This document shows, piece by piece, positions 8,719 to 19,494 of a stretch of 64,000 nucleotides of DNA. The translations under genes were made by a program, and so were the position numbers. Source of the stretch: Eubacteriales bacterium. GTDB taxonomy: Bacteria > Bacillota > Clostridia > Oscillospirales > CAG-272. Where the stretch lies: contig JAZSEA010000075.1 of assembly GCA_045531455.1 (NCBI GenBank), forward strand, positions 149,978 through 213,977, given 5' to 3'. The notes beneath the pieces were generated by a model. The model was given only the letters and a program-made list of their open reading frames with translations. It did no database searches and had not been told where the DNA came from. Position 1 is the first letter of the stretch; each line of letters begins with the position of its first letter.

Positions 8719-11700
8719 TCAAATAATATCAAAAAGCGATATCTGATCGGTTTCGCTGAGACCGTCAAGAATTCCGTTAGCACGCAGAGTATCGATAACT
8801 CCCTTATTCGCCTTTCCGCGGAGCTTGAGGTCTTCTACCGAGAAGAAGGGTTCTTCATCGCGCGCAGCTGTAATATTCAGAGCTGCGCTGAGACCGAGGC
8901 CGGGAAGCGCGATCAAGGGCATACGGATATTGCCGTTTTCAGGAAGGAATTCCTTGGCGTGAGAATACTTGAGGTTAACGGGAAGGAATCTGATACCTCG
9001 GAGCATAGCTTCGTGTGCAAACTGAAGTGCACCGAAGGTGTCCTTGTCCTTCTGTGTTGCTTCCTTGCCCATCTTGTCGATCTCAAGCATCTTGCGGTAG
9101 ACTGCATCTCTGCCCTGCGCTACGATCGAACCGTCAAATCCATCGGGCGCGACGGAAAGAATCGCGCAATAGAAGGCAACCGGCTGGTGAACCTTGTACC
9201 AGGCAAGTCTGATTGCAGACATAACGTATGCCGCGGCGTGAGCCTTAGGGAACATATACTTAATCTTCTTACAAGATGCTATGTACCATTCCGGAACGTT
9301 ATGAGCAAGCATATCCGCTTCCCATTCGGGAGTAAGACCTTTACCCTTACGTACGCTCTCCATAATTTTAAAGGAGGTAAGGTTTTCCATACCGTATCTG
9401 ATAAGGTCGAGCATAATACCGTCACGCGTTCCGATAACCTTGGAAATATCACATATTCCATCTTTAATCAGATCCTGCGCGTTACCAAGCCATACATCGG
9501 TACCGTGTGTAAGCCCCGAGATCTGCATAAGATCAGCGAAGTTTTTCGGTTTAGCATCGACAAGAACTCCTTGGATGAAGTTAGTGCCAAACTCGGGGAG
9601 TCCGAGTGTACCGACCATAAGTCCGAGCATCTTTGTCTCGTGCTTATCTCTGTCCTTCTGAGGGATTCCGAGAGGTTCCGTCGATTCAAAGAGTGCATAG
9701 ATGCTTCGGTCGTTCATAGCAACCTGATCGATCATTATTCCGCTGTACTTTTCAAGATACTTGTACTTAGTCGGAATATCGTGTCCGAGCTCGTCAAGCT
9801 TAAGAATAGTATCGTGGAGATACGAGAAAGCAAAGTGAGTGGTAACTATATCTGATTTAGGATCGTCGGCGGGGTGTTGAATGGGGGTAAATTCGTACAC
9901 GTCACGATCTCTCGGTACAACGATAATACCGCCCGGATGCTGACCTGTTGTTCTCTTGACTCCGACACATCCGCTGATAATTCTATCAACTTCAGCACGG
10001 CAAAGCTGCTGCCCCTTGCCCTCAAAATATTTCATTACAAAACCGAACGCAGTTTTATCTGCCAGAGTACCGATCGTTCCCGCCTTAAAGACGTTTTCGG
10101 CTCCGAAGAGTTCCTCGGTAAACTTATGTACCTTTCCCTGAACCTCGCCCGAGAAGTTCAGGTCGATATCGGGAGATTTGTCTCCCTTGAATCCAAGGAA
10201 AGTCTCGAATGGTATATCCTGACCGTCCTGTTCAAGCGGTGTTCCGCAGTTCGGGCAATTTCTTGATGGCATATCGAAGCCCGAGCCCGCCTGGAGAGGA
10301 TTGGAGAAATCGTTATACTGACACTTTTTACAATAATAATGCGGAGGCAGAGGGTTAACCTCTGAAATACCCGCCATAGTTGCGACGAAAGAAGATCCAA
10401 CAGAGCCTCGGGAACCTACAAGGTAGCCTTGGCTTTCGCTATAATGTACAAGACGTTCCGCGATAACGTAAAGAACCGCATAACCGTTAGAAATAATAGA
10501 ATTGAGCTCTACTTCTAGTCTCTTCTTAACAAGATCGGGAAGATTCTCTCCGTACATAGATCTTGCGCGAGTCCAGCACTTTTCTCGGAGCTCTTCTTCT
10601 GCGCCTTCAAGGTGAGGAGGATATGAACCGGCGGGAATGGGCCTGATGGGCTCGATCTGATCGGCTATATCGTTTGTGTTCTTTACGACAATTTCAAAAG
10701 CTTTTTCCTCGCCGAGATATGCAAACTCCTCGAGCATCTCATCGGTAGTTCTCATATAGATTGGTGTAGGCTTATCGGCGTCCTTGAATTTGAGTCCCGC
10801 AAGAAGAATTCTTCTGTAGAGCTCGTCCTCGGGGTTGATGAAGTGTGCGTCAGAAGTTGCAACTACCGGTTTTCCGAGCTTTTCGCCGAGAGCGACAATT
10901 CTTCTGTTTATATCCCGAAGTGCTTCTTCGTCGGGAAGTTCGCCTTCTTTAATAAGATACATATCGTTTCCGATCGGTTGTACCTCGAGATAGTCGTAAT
11001 AAGATGCGATCTCTTCTATCTCTGAGTCTCCCTTATTATCAAGGATCGCGCTGTAAAGCTCACCTGCAGAGCAAGCCGAACCAATGATAAGTCCCTCGCG
11101 ATATTTATCGAGCTCGGACTTGGGAAGTCTCGGTGTACGATGATAATAGTTCAGATATCCCATAGAGATAAGTCTGTAAAGATTCTTGAGACCAACAAGG
11201 TTCTTGACAAGAATTATCATATGATAGGTCTTAAGCTTTAGAGGATCGGCATTGACCTGGATGTTGTTTACAAGAGTTGCAAATTCCTCGATATCGAAAA
11301 GCTGCATCTTTTTGACCATCTGGAAGTAGATCATAGTCAGCATTTCCGCATCATCTACTGCCCTATGGTGATTAAAGTTTCCGAGATTATAATACTTGGC
11401 AAGTACGTCAAGCTTATGAGATTTAAGGTCTGTATTCAGATATCTCGAAAGACCGACGGTATCAAGATACGGCGAATCAAAAGGGATATTCAGTTTCTTA
11501 GCCGCCGCACGTACAAATCCGACGTCAAAGTCCGCGTTATGCGCGATTAGTAGCGATTTCCCGCAAAATTCAAGAAATTCTGGCAGAACATCAGCGATCC
11601 TTCTTGCATCTTTTACGTCATCATTAGTGATCGAGGTCAATTCTGTGATCTCGGCAGAGATAGGATTATCGGGTTTTACAAAAGCAGAAAAGCGGTCAAC

Positions 11701-13200
11701 GATCTCACCGTTCATAACCTTTACGGCTCCGAATTCGATTATCTCGCAAGTAGCAGAAGAAAGGCCGGTCGTCTCAAGGTCAAATATAACTAGATTATCA
11801 TCGATTTTACCGTTATACTTTCCGTAGAGAGGGCTGGCACTATCGTTTACGAAATAAGCTTCAAGCCCGTAGATGACCTTGAATCTTTCCTCGCCCTCCT
11901 CGGGTTTTGTGTAACCGTACATCTTATCGAGCGCGATCATTGCTTCGGGGAATCCCTGTGCGTTTCCGTGGTCGGTAATGGCAACCGCCTTGTGGCCCCA
12001 GGAAGCCGCTGTCTTGACTGCAACGTCTGAGGGTATAAGAGCATCCATAGCGGACATATTTGTGTGCAGATGAAGCTCTACGCGCTTCTGAGGTGCTTTA
12101 TCCTTGCGCTTCTCCTTCTTTATCTCAGCAACCGCATCGGGAATAACGTATAGGTCGTTCGTTTTGAACTCCTTCTTGATTATTCCGCTTACGGCTATGC
12201 ACATTCCGTTAGAGACAATTCCCGCCAACTCCTTGCATTCCTCTTCACTATCGCCTTCAAGCTTAACCGATATCGAAGCGTTGCCATCGAAGAGGCCGAA
12301 TGCAAAGAACCATTTCTTGTTTCCGAATTTTGCCTGCTCAAGATTGCATCCCGAGACGGTACCGATTACGCATACTTCCGAACCGGGCGTCCTGATAGTC
12401 GATATAGAAAGAGGCGTGATCGGGAAGAATTCGCCCCATTTATATTCGGGAGATGAAATATCAAATACAGCTCTGCCGATCGTGCAAACTCCATCCTCGA
12501 CGATTGCCATACAATCCTCATCATATGCAGACCAGACACGCTTGAGATCGAGCTCTGGCTTGTCCGCCTTTTTGTCTTTCTCCTGAGTTTGTTCAGACTT
12601 ATCTGTTTCACGAGGTCTGTGCGATGCGTTTTCATACTCCTTGAGCGACTCGCGGCAAGCATTGTTAAGATCCTCAATGAATTGCTTGTGTTCCTCGGAT
12701 TCAAAATACGGAACGTAATCATCCATTTCCTTAATTACGACCTTAAGCGATATGGAAAATTCCGTACGGATAATATCTTCGATTACACGCTGAACTTTAC
12801 CCGCGGTTAGAAAGTCGATTCCGTTAGAATTGAACGGGATCGAGAATGTTAATGTGTCGGATGACAGTGTATAATCGCAACCGATAAAAAAGCCCTTGGT
12901 TATCTCGCCGATCTTCTCGGTTTCAATAATTATCTGCTGAATATAGTCATAAGAAAAGAGACTTTTGTCATATTTAGGAACAAATCTTACAAAATACTTT
13001 CCGTCGTAGGCCTTTCTGATCTCTTCCTCGGCTTCATATAAAGTCAGCTTTGGAACGATTTTTTTCAGCGGAATATCTATTTCAAATATATCGTTTCTCT
13101 TTTTTAGTTTTCTTACCTGATACTCTCCTACCGAATCGAACAACTCACCGATCTCTTCGCTGGGAGTATACAGTTTAAACAATTCTCTTAAAGTTTTCAT
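8719..13200 (-). CDS. polC: DNA polymerase III PolC-type (Gram-positive replicative polymerase with internal 3'-5' exonuclease)
   Basis: 1493 aa. PHP domain (VELHLHTNMSAMDA), DEDDh exonuclease (VIFDLETTGL...HNADFDVGF...HRAVDDA) and a polymerase core. 4-nt ATGA overlap with ispG. Confidence 0.97.
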   Translation of the reverse strand: MKTLRELFKLYTPSEEIGELFDSVGEYQVRKLKKRNDIFEIDIPLKKIVPKLTLYEAEEEIRKAYDGKYFVRFVPKYDKSLFSYDYIQQIIIETEKIGEITKGFFIGCDYTLSSDTLTFSIPFNSNGIDFLTAGKVQRVIEDIIRTEFSISLKVVIKEMDDYVPYFESEEHKQFIEDLNNACRESLKEYENASHRPRETDKSEQTQEKDKKADKPELDLKRVWSAYDEDCMAIVEDGVCTIGRAVFDISSPEYKWGEFFPITPLSISTIRTPGSEVCVIGTVSGCNLEQAKFGNKKWFFAFGLFDGNASISVKLEGDSEEECKELAGIVSNGMCIAVSGIIKKEFKTNDLYVIPDAVAEIKKEKRKDKAPQKRVELHLHTNMSAMDALIPSDVAVKTAASWGHKAVAITDHGNAQGFPEAMIALDKMYGYTKPEEGEERFKVIYGLEAYFVNDSASPLYGKYNGKIDDNLVIFDLETTGLSSATCEIIEFGAVKVMNGEIVDRFSAFVKPDNPISAEITELTSITNDDVKDARRIADVLPEFLEFCGKSLLIAHNADFDVGFVRAAAKKLNIPFDSPYLDTVGLSRYLNTDLKSHKLDVLAKYYNLGNFNHHRAVDDAEMLTMIYFQMVKKMQLFDIEEFATLVNNIQVNADPLKLKTYHMIILVKNLVGLKNLYRLISMGYLNYYHRTPRLPKSELDKYREGLIIGSACSAGELYSAILDNKGDSEIEEIASYYDYLEVQPIGNDMYLIKEGELPDEEALRDINRRIVALGEKLGKPVVATSDAHFINPEDELYRRILLAGLKFKDADKPTPIYMRTTDEMLEEFAYLGEEKAFEIVVKNTNDIADQIEPIRPIPAGSYPPHLEGAEEELREKCWTRARSMYGENLPDLVKKRLEVELNSIISNGYAVLYVIAERLVHYSESQGYLVGSRGSVGSSFVATMAGISEVNPLPPHYYCKKCQYNDFSNPLQAGSGFDMPSRNCPNCGTPLEQDGQDIPFETFLGFKGDKSPDIDLNFSGEVQGKVHKFTEELFGAENVFKAGTIGTLADKTAFGFVMKYFEGKGQQLCRAEVDRIISGCVGVKRTTGQHPGGIIVVPRDRDVYEFTPIQHPADDPKSDIVTTHFAFSYLHDTILKLDELGHDIPTKYKYLEKYSGIMIDQVAMNDRSIYALFESTEPLGIPQKDRDKHETKMLGLMVGTLGLPEFGTNFIQGVLVDAKPKNFADLMQISGLTHGTDVWLGNAQDLIKDGICDISKVIGTRDGIMLDLIRYGMENLTSFKIMESVRKGKGLTPEWEADMLAHNVPEWYIASCKKIKYMFPKAHAAAYVMSAIRLAWYKVHQPVAFYCAILSVAPDGFDGSIVAQGRDAVYRKMLEIDKMGKEATQKDKDTFGALQFAHEAMLRGIRFLPVNLKYSHAKEFLPENGNIRMPLIALPGLGLSAALNITAARDEEPFFSVEDLKLRGKANKGVIDTLRANGILDGLSETDQISLFDII

Positions 13201-14276
13201 AAATTTCTACCGTATTCTTCCTTGATGTAATTTATCAAAGAAGATACAACGTCATTCTCATCAATTTTTTTGATTATTTCGCCTTTTTTGAAAAGCAAAG
13301 CTTCACCTCTGCCACCGGCAATACCAACATCAGCCTCACGCGCTTCGCCGGGGCCGTTGACTATACATCCCATAAGCGCAACCTTAATCGGAATATCGGT
13401 AAGCTTTTCTGCCTTTGCGGCCTGCTCAAAGCGGTTTACAAGCGTAAGAAGATCAATTTTTGTTCTTCCGCAAGTCGGGCAGGATACAATGTCCATTCCG
13501 CTATGACCGGGACAGCAAAGAGAACGCAGAATATCCTTTGCTGCATATACCTCGGCTTCAGGATCCTCGGTAAGAGAAATTCGGACAGTATCGCCGATTC
13601 CCATATGCACGAGAGCGGAAATTGCTTCTGCGTTTTTAATTATTCCCATCCTCGAGCTTCCCGCTTCTGTCACTCCGATGTGGAGAGGATAATCACAGTG
13701 CTCGGAAACGTATTTGCAAGCAGCAACCGCATTAGGTACTACGGATGATTTTACAGAAATCACGATATCGTCGAAGTCATACTTGTTAAGCAGTCTGATG
13801 TGCCCGAGTGCACTTTCATAGAGAGCTTCGGGGGTAGGAGAACCGTATTTTGCAAGAAGATCTTTCTCAAGAGAACCACTGTTTACTCCTATGCGGATCG
13901 GAATATTCTTTGCGGCACAAGCTCTTGCTACAGCGGCTACTCTATCCTCGTCACCGATATTACCCGGATTGATTCTGATCTTATCTACACCGCATTCGAC
14001 AGAGCGCAGGGCGATCTTGTAATCAAAATGAATATCTGCCACTATCGGGATCTCGGGTCTTTGATTCTTGATATACGCAATCGTATCAGCGGCTTCCACA
14101 GTCGGAATTGCAAGTCTGATAATATCGCAACCTGCGGCATAAAGCCTTTCGACCTGTGAAAGAGTTGCAGCCTTATCAAGTGTATCGGTATTGGTCATCG
14201 ACTGTATAGATATCCGCTCTCCGCCGCCTATTGTAATATTTCCAACCTTGACCGGTTTCGTATATTTTCTTTCCAT
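13197..14276 (-). CDS. ispG: 4-hydroxy-3-methylbut-2-en-1-yl diphosphate synthase
   Basis: Typical GcpE sequence (VGNITIGG...IQSMTNT...RINPGNIG) with the C-terminal CPTCGR / GCIVNGPGE Fe-S cysteines. Confidence 0.95.
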   Translation of the reverse strand: MERKYTKPVKVGNITIGGGERISIQSMTNTDTLDKAATLSQVERLYAAGCDIIRLAIPTVEAADTIAYIKNQRPEIPIVADIHFDYKIALRSVECGVDKIRINPGNIGDEDRVAAVARACAAKNIPIRIGVNSGSLEKDLLAKYGSPTPEALYESALGHIRLLNKYDFDDIVISVKSSVVPNAVAACKYVSEHCDYPLHIGVTEAGSSRMGIIKNAEAISALVHMGIGDTVRISLTEDPEAEVYAAKDILRSLCCPGHSGMDIVSCPTCGRTKIDLLTLVNRFEQAAKAEKLTDIPIKVALMGCIVNGPGEAREADVGIAGGRGEALLFKKGEIIKKIDENDVVSSLINYIKEEYGRNL

Positions 14277-14295
14277 TCTTCTTTACCGCCTTTGA

Positions 14296-15330
14296 TCAGA
14301 ATAATTTGAAAATGTCCTTGAAGGTAATAATCAGCATAAACGCCATAAGAATCAATAGTCCTGCGGCATTAATATACGCTTCAACTGTCTTGTTAACAGG
14401 CTTGCGGGTCACAGCCTCCCAAAGAAGGAATATCAGTCTGCCGCCGTCAAGCGCGGGAAGAGGCAGAAGATTCATCACACCAAGGTTGACCGAGATTATT
14501 ACCCAAAGATAGAGTAAGCTTTCCCAGCCCGAAGCAAGCGCTGATCCGACAAGCTCGGTCATTCCGATGGGTCCGGAAACTGCGTCAAGTCCAAATCTTC
14601 CGGTTACAAGATCTGCAAGAGAATCCCATACCATCTTTGCTGTTGAATAAGTACGCCAAAATGTATGAGATATTACAACTCCGAATGTTATGTTTTCCTC
14701 ATCGATGCCATAAAACTGCATATCGTAGTTACCAAGTGTTACACCACTTTCCTCAACTGTGGGAAAAACTACGTCTTCAAGAACTATTCTCTCGCCGTCT
14801 CTGATAACTGTCAAATCGAGAGGTTCATCCCCTTGGTACGTGATCTCGTAAACTACTTCATTGCCTGTATGCGTTTTGACATCATTTACAGCTACAATCT
14901 TATCGTTTACCTGTAATCCATAATCATCGCTTGTTGCATCATCAAAGAATTTTGCGACAATATTAGTTGCCGGACCTGTGAGAGCAACAAGTACAAGCAT
15001 CCCGAGAAAACCTACAACGATGTTGGTTACAGGTCCTGCAAGGACAGTAGATATTCTTCGCCAAACGTTTTTATTGCAAAAAGCATTTACGTCATCGGAA
15101 GCCTCGTCTTCACCCGCCATACTGACGAATCCGCCTATCGGGAACGCACGAATAGAGTATCTGATTCCCGACTTTTTCGAGACTCGCGAAAAGATCTTCG
15201 GCCCCATACCGATAGCAAATTCATTTACGGTAATACCGTTAAGGCGCGCAAGAAGGAAATGTCCTCCCTCATGCAGAAACACGAGAACACCCAAAAGGAG
15301 CAGAGTTAATAAGAGATAAAGGATTATCAT
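14296..15330 (-). CDS. rseP: RIP metalloprotease RseP/YluC family (site-2 protease)
   Basis: HEGGHF zinc motif in TM1, a central PDZ-like segment and NLLPLPALDGG near the C-terminus. Confidence 0.9.
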   Translation of the reverse strand: MIILYLLLTLLLLGVLVFLHEGGHFLLARLNGITVNEFAIGMGPKIFSRVSKKSGIRYSIRAFPIGGFVSMAGEDEASDDVNAFCNKNVWRRISTVLAGPVTNIVVGFLGMLVLVALTGPATNIVAKFFDDATSDDYGLQVNDKIVAVNDVKTHTGNEVVYEITYQGDEPLDLTVIRDGERIVLEDVVFPTVEESGVTLGNYDMQFYGIDEENITFGVVISHTFWRTYSTAKMVWDSLADLVTGRFGLDAVSGPIGMTELVGSALASGWESLLYLWVIISVNLGVMNLLPLPALDGGRLIFLLWEAVTRKPVNKTVEAYINAAGLLILMAFMLIITFKDIFKLF

Positions 15331-15343
15331 ATAATATCACCTG

Positions 15344-16498
15344 TTATTTGCGAGATAAAAACTCCTCGGCAAGTTTTGCCGATTCGTCAACGGATTTTAA
15401 GATCATATCCAGAGTCAATTCACCCTCGGGATGCTTATACGAGCCGCACACCTCCCCGAGAGTATCGAATATGTCTGTAAAGCCTATCTTGCCGTCAAGG
15501 AATTTCATAACTGCCACCTCATTTGCAGCGTGAAGGACGGCAGATGCGGTTCCGCCTTTAGCAAGCGATTCACGCGCAAGCTTCAGCGGAATAAAGGTAT
15601 CCTCATCGGGTTCAGCAAAGGTCAGCGCTCCGATTTTCGTAAGATCGAGCTGAGGTATTACAGCATCAAATCTGTTGGGAGTCTCGACGGCATACTGCAC
15701 GCACAGTCTCATATCAGGCACGGACAGCTGAGCAATAACCGAGTTATCACAGAATTCTACCATTGAATGAATGATACTCTCTCTGTGAACAATGACGTCA
15801 ATCTTGTCGCCGGGAATACCGAAAAGATGTGATGCTTCGATAACCTCGAAACCCTTATTCATAAGCGTAGAGCTGTCGATCGTGATCTTAGCACCCATTT
15901 TCCACGTAGGATGAGCAAGAGCCTGCTCTCTGGTAATTCCGCAAAGCTCGCTTCTCTTTCGTCCAAAGAAGGGTCCGCCCGAAGCAGTAACGATCAAACG
16001 CTTGACTTCCTCTGGTGTGCCGCTTCTGAGGCACTGGGCAATAGCACAATGTTCGCTATCGACGGGAGTTATCTCTACTCTCTTTTCACGAGCGCGCGAC
16101 ATAACAAGCTCGCCTGCCATGACAAGAGATTCCTTATTGGCAAGAGCAAGATTCATTCCCGATTCGATTACCGCAAGAGTCGGCTTCAAGCCCGGGGTAC
16201 CGATTATTGAGTTCACAGCAATATCAGCCTCGGTATCTGCGATCATCTGACAGATGCCTTCGTGGCCTGCGTAGATCTTTACCGGCAGGTCCCTTGTTCT
16301 TAACTTGAGCTCGGCAGCGGCGGCAATATTCGTCATTGCAGCGGCTTTAGCTCCGAATTCACGGATCTGCTCTTCAACTTTATTAAAATTATTATTTGCA
16401 CAAAGTGCACGGACATCATAATTCTGTGCCCGTGCAACATCTGCTGCCTGCAGTCCGACAGAACCAGTCGAACCAAGCAAAATGATAGATTTTTTCAT
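15344..16498 (-). CDS. dxr: 1-deoxy-D-xylulose 5-phosphate reductoisomerase
   Basis: LGSTGSVG NADPH motif, ANKESLV and DSEH blocks. Confidence 0.95.
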   Translation of the reverse strand: MKKSIILLGSTGSVGLQAADVARAQNYDVRALCANNNFNKVEEQIREFGAKAAAMTNIAAAAELKLRTRDLPVKIYAGHEGICQMIADTEADIAVNSIIGTPGLKPTLAVIESGMNLALANKESLVMAGELVMSRAREKRVEITPVDSEHCAIAQCLRSGTPEEVKRLIVTASGGPFFGRKRSELCGITREQALAHPTWKMGAKITIDSSTLMNKGFEVIEASHLFGIPGDKIDVIVHRESIIHSMVEFCDNSVIAQLSVPDMRLCVQYAVETPNRFDAVIPQLDLTKIGALTFAEPDEDTFIPLKLARESLAKGGTASAVLHAANEVAVMKFLDGKIGFTDIFDTLGEVCGSYKHPEGELTLDMILKSVDESAKLAEEFLSRK

Positions 16499-16514
16499 TT
16501 GTATTCTCTGTTAT

Positions 16515-17336
16515 TTAGAATATATTGGTTGCCGAAATAAACATCAGCAGAACTATGGAAATGGAAATCAGCGAATCGAATCTGTCAAGAACACCGCCGT
16601 GTCCCGGCATAAGTCTACCGAAATCCTTAATATTGGATGCACGCTTTACGGCTGAGAATAGCAGGTCACCAATGATGGCAACAACAGCACAGACCAAGCC
16701 GCAAATACCTATCATAATGTAAGAATCAATCTGATAGTCAAATACGTTTTCAAGCAAAACCGCATAGAGCACAAAAGCTGCTACACAAAATACTGTACCG
16801 CCGACAGCTCCCTCGATAGTCTTCTTTGGGCTTACAGAAGGAAGCAGTTTATGCTTTCCGAAAAGCATACCGGTAATCAGTGCACAGGAATCCGTAACCC
16901 ACGCGGCAATAAAGCTGAAGAACATAATATGCCATTCACCGCCTCTTATGTCGGCAAGCAATACCAATGCTGTAAAGCCTGCTGTCGCATACAGTGAGAA
17001 GAACCACGAAGAGATAACTTTGCCAATCTCGGGCTTATTCTTCAAAAAAGTATAAACACTGAGGACAAGGAACGAACAGAAAAAAATGATAGGAAATATC
17101 AGGCGGTAAAAGACTTCCGATTCGAGATATCTCGCAAGGATAGGCATTGCAGAAATCAGATACATCGGTACCGACAATGCTACGTTCTTATGAAGATTGT
17201 TACATCTGAGCATTTCATACACAGCACGGACAGACAGAAATACCGTAAACGCAACAAACAAAGGTGTTCCGGAAAAATAAATACACGGCAGAACAACCAG
17301 CAAAAATACTATAGAAGATAATAATCTAACTAACAT
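16515..17336 (-). CDS. cdsA: Phosphatidate cytidylyltransferase
   Basis: Polytopic protein with the C-terminal CDS signature (SAVKRASNIKDFGRLMPGHGGVLDRFDS). Start set at the ATG at 17336, just after the uppS stop. The track start at 17402 would overlap uppS by 62 nt. Confidence 0.85.
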   Translation of the reverse strand: MLVRLLSSIVFLLVVLPCIYFSGTPLFVAFTVFLSVRAVYEMLRCNNLHKNVALSVPMYLISAMPILARYLESEVFYRLIFPIIFFCSFLVLSVYTFLKNKPEIGKVISSWFFSLYATAGFTALVLLADIRGGEWHIMFFSFIAAWVTDSCALITGMLFGKHKLLPSVSPKKTIEGAVGGTVFCVAAFVLYAVLLENVFDYQIDSYIMIGICGLVCAVVAIIGDLLFSAVKRASNIKDFGRLMPGHGGVLDRFDSLISISIVLLMFISATNIF

Positions 17337-17340
17337 AGCC

Positions 17341-18039
17341 TCATACCTTTCCGTATCTTCTCTGACGACGGTAAAATTCCTCGACAGCCTTGTCGATATC
17401 ATCAGAAGTCATATCCGGCCATAACGTATCGGTAAAGTAAAATTCAGAATAAGCCGACTGCCACATAAGGAAGTTGGAAAGTCTCTGCTCGCCTGCTGTG
17501 CGAACGATAAGATCGGGATCGGGAGTCCCCGCAGTATAAAGCTCGGATGCAATATCTTCAGCCGAAACCGCAGTCTTTCCCTTAGCGATCAACGAATTGA
17601 CAGCGTGGACAAGCTCATCCTTACCACCGTAATTGAGTGCAATACTCAAAGTAAGCGAATTGTCTTTGGTAATTTCCTCAAGTCGTGCGGCTTTTGCGGC
17701 AAGAGAAGGATCAAGTCGTGAAATATCACCGATAAATCTCATTCGGATATCATACTCGCGGAATGATTTTTCACATTCGTCGAGATATGTATCGAGCAAT
17801 TTCATTATTGACTTGACTTCTTTTTCGGGCCTTGCCCAATTCTCCGTAGAAAATGCGTAGACTGTTACATATTTGATTCCGATATCGCCGCAATATCTTA
17901 CGACCTTTCTGAACGCTTCCGCACCATAGCGGTGACCGTAGCGTCGAGGCATTCCACGACGCTCCGCCCACCTGCCATTGCCATCCATTATGAAAGCGAT
18001 ATGCTGCAGTCTGCTATCTACTTTAATATTGTCAGACAT
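17341..18039 (-). CDS. uppS: Isoprenyl transferase (undecaprenyl diphosphate synthase)
   Basis: HIAFIMDGNGRWA and FSTENWARP motifs. Confidence 0.95.
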   Translation of the reverse strand: MSDNIKVDSRLQHIAFIMDGNGRWAERRGMPRRYGHRYGAEAFRKVVRYCGDIGIKYVTVYAFSTENWARPEKEVKSIMKLLDTYLDECEKSFREYDIRMRFIGDISRLDPSLAAKAARLEEITKDNSLTLSIALNYGGKDELVHAVNSLIAKGKTAVSAEDIASELYTAGTPDPDLIVRTAGEQRLSNFLMWQSAYSEFYFTDTLWPDMTSDDIDKAVEEFYRRQRRYGKV

Positions 18040-18056
18040 TTATCTACCAACTACCG

Positions 18057-18611
18057 TCAGATAGACATTACTTCCTTAGTCTTCTTAGCGGTAACGTCAT
18101 CAACAAGCTTGATGTACTTATCGGTGAGATCCTGAACAGACTTTTCGGAAGCCTTCTGCTCATCCTCGGTCATCTCGCCGTCCTTCTTCAGCTTCTTGCA
18201 CTTATCAATAGCATCACGGCGAATATTTCTAACAGCAACCTTTGCATTTTCGCCTTCCTTCTGAACCTGCTTTACAAGTTCCTTACGGCGCTCCTCGGTA
18301 GGCTGGGGGAATACGAGTCTGATTACACGGCCGTCGTTCGCGGGAGTAATTCCGATGTCGGAAGCAAGGATAGCCTTCTCAATCGCCTTGAGAGTGGACA
18401 TATCATAGGGGGTGATTGTTACAGTCTTGGAGTCGGTTGCCTTAACGTCAGCCATCGAGTTGATGGGTGTGGGCGATCCGTAGTACTCAAAGTTGATTCC
18501 GTTAAGGAGCATAGGGTTAGCTCTGCCCGCTCTGATCAGAGAAAGTGCGTTCTCATAGGAATCAATAGATTTCTTCATTTTTTCTTCGTAAGATTTGCAA
18601 TCGAGTTTCAT
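18057..18611 (-). CDS. frr: Ribosome recycling factor
   Basis: 184 aa with typical RRF sequence (LIRAGRANP..., RNIRRDA). Lies in pyrH-frr synteny. Confidence 0.95.
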   Translation of the reverse strand: MKLDCKSYEEKMKKSIDSYENALSLIRAGRANPMLLNGINFEYYGSPTPINSMADVKATDSKTVTITPYDMSTLKAIEKAILASDIGITPANDGRVIRLVFPQPTEERRKELVKQVQKEGENAKVAVRNIRRDAIDKCKKLKKDGEMTEDEQKASEKSVQDLTDKYIKLVDDVTAKKTKEVMSI

Positions 18612-18646
18612 TTTGTTGATCCTCCGTTTTATGTAATATTTATAAT

Positions 18647-19354
18647 TTACTTTGTGATTCTTGTGCCGCGGGATTCACCCTTAACGGCTTTTACTATATC
18701 TTCGGTATTTGAAAGTTGGAAAGCAAACGCATCGGGGCCGAACTCTGAACCGAGAGCAGATGCCGCAAGATCAATTCCCTTGAGGCCTCTGGAGATCATT
18801 TCCGCATAACTGATCTCATCAAAGAATACAGCGTTCGGATCCTTCTTGGGATCTCTGTCGTAGATACCGTCAATGTTTTTTGCGAGAAGGAAGACATCGG
18901 CATTGATTTCATTTGCTCTCAAAATACCTGCGGTATCGGTTGAGAAATAAGGATTGCCTGTTCCACCGCCAAAGAATACGATATTTCCTTCATCAAGAGC
19001 TTCGCGTGCTACGTCTGCAGAGTATCTTCTTGCATAAGGCTCCATAAATGTGGAAGTCATAACGATCGCCTTACCGCCCGCCTTGATAACTGCATCCTTT
19101 GCCGCGAGAGCATTTATGATTGTACCGAGCATTCCCATGCTGTCTGCGGTAGAGCGATCCATATCACCGCTACTTCTGCCGCGCCAGATATTGCCCGCAC
19201 CGATAATTACGCCAATTTCAACCCCGTCATTTGCAAGCTTGACGAGTGTTGAAGCAATGTCTTCAAGGAAATCAAAATCAATTATCGATCCCTGACCCGA
19301 AATAGCCTCACCTGAAAGCTTGAGTAAAACGCGTTTGTACTTATAATCAGACAT
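18647..19354 (-). CDS. pyrH: UMP kinase
   Basis: YKRVLLKLSGEA and GGGTGNPYFSTDTA motifs. Confidence 0.95.
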   Translation of the reverse strand: MSDYKYKRVLLKLSGEAISGQGSIIDFDFLEDIASTLVKLANDGVEIGVIIGAGNIWRGRSSGDMDRSTADSMGMLGTIINALAAKDAVIKAGGKAIVMTSTFMEPYARRYSADVAREALDEGNIVFFGGGTGNPYFSTDTAGILRANEINADVFLLAKNIDGIYDRDPKKDPNAVFFDEISYAEMISRGLKGIDLAASALGSEFGPDAFAFQLSNTEDIVKAVKGESRGTRITK

Positions 19355-19445
19355 TTCAAATTCCCCTTATATTCGCAATATATATTATTTTATCTTATTT
19401 TATGCGATTTGTAAATAGTTATTTGTAAATTTCTATGAAAAATAG

Positions 19446-19486
19446 CAAAAAAATTTCCCGCTTGCATTTATAACAATGCAAGCAGG
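19446..19486 (-). terminator. Rho-independent terminator after tsf
   Basis: On the minus strand: CCTGCTTGCATT-GTTATA-AATGCAAGCGGG hairpin followed by AAATTTTTTTG. Confidence 0.75.
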
Positions 19487-19494
19487 AATAGAAA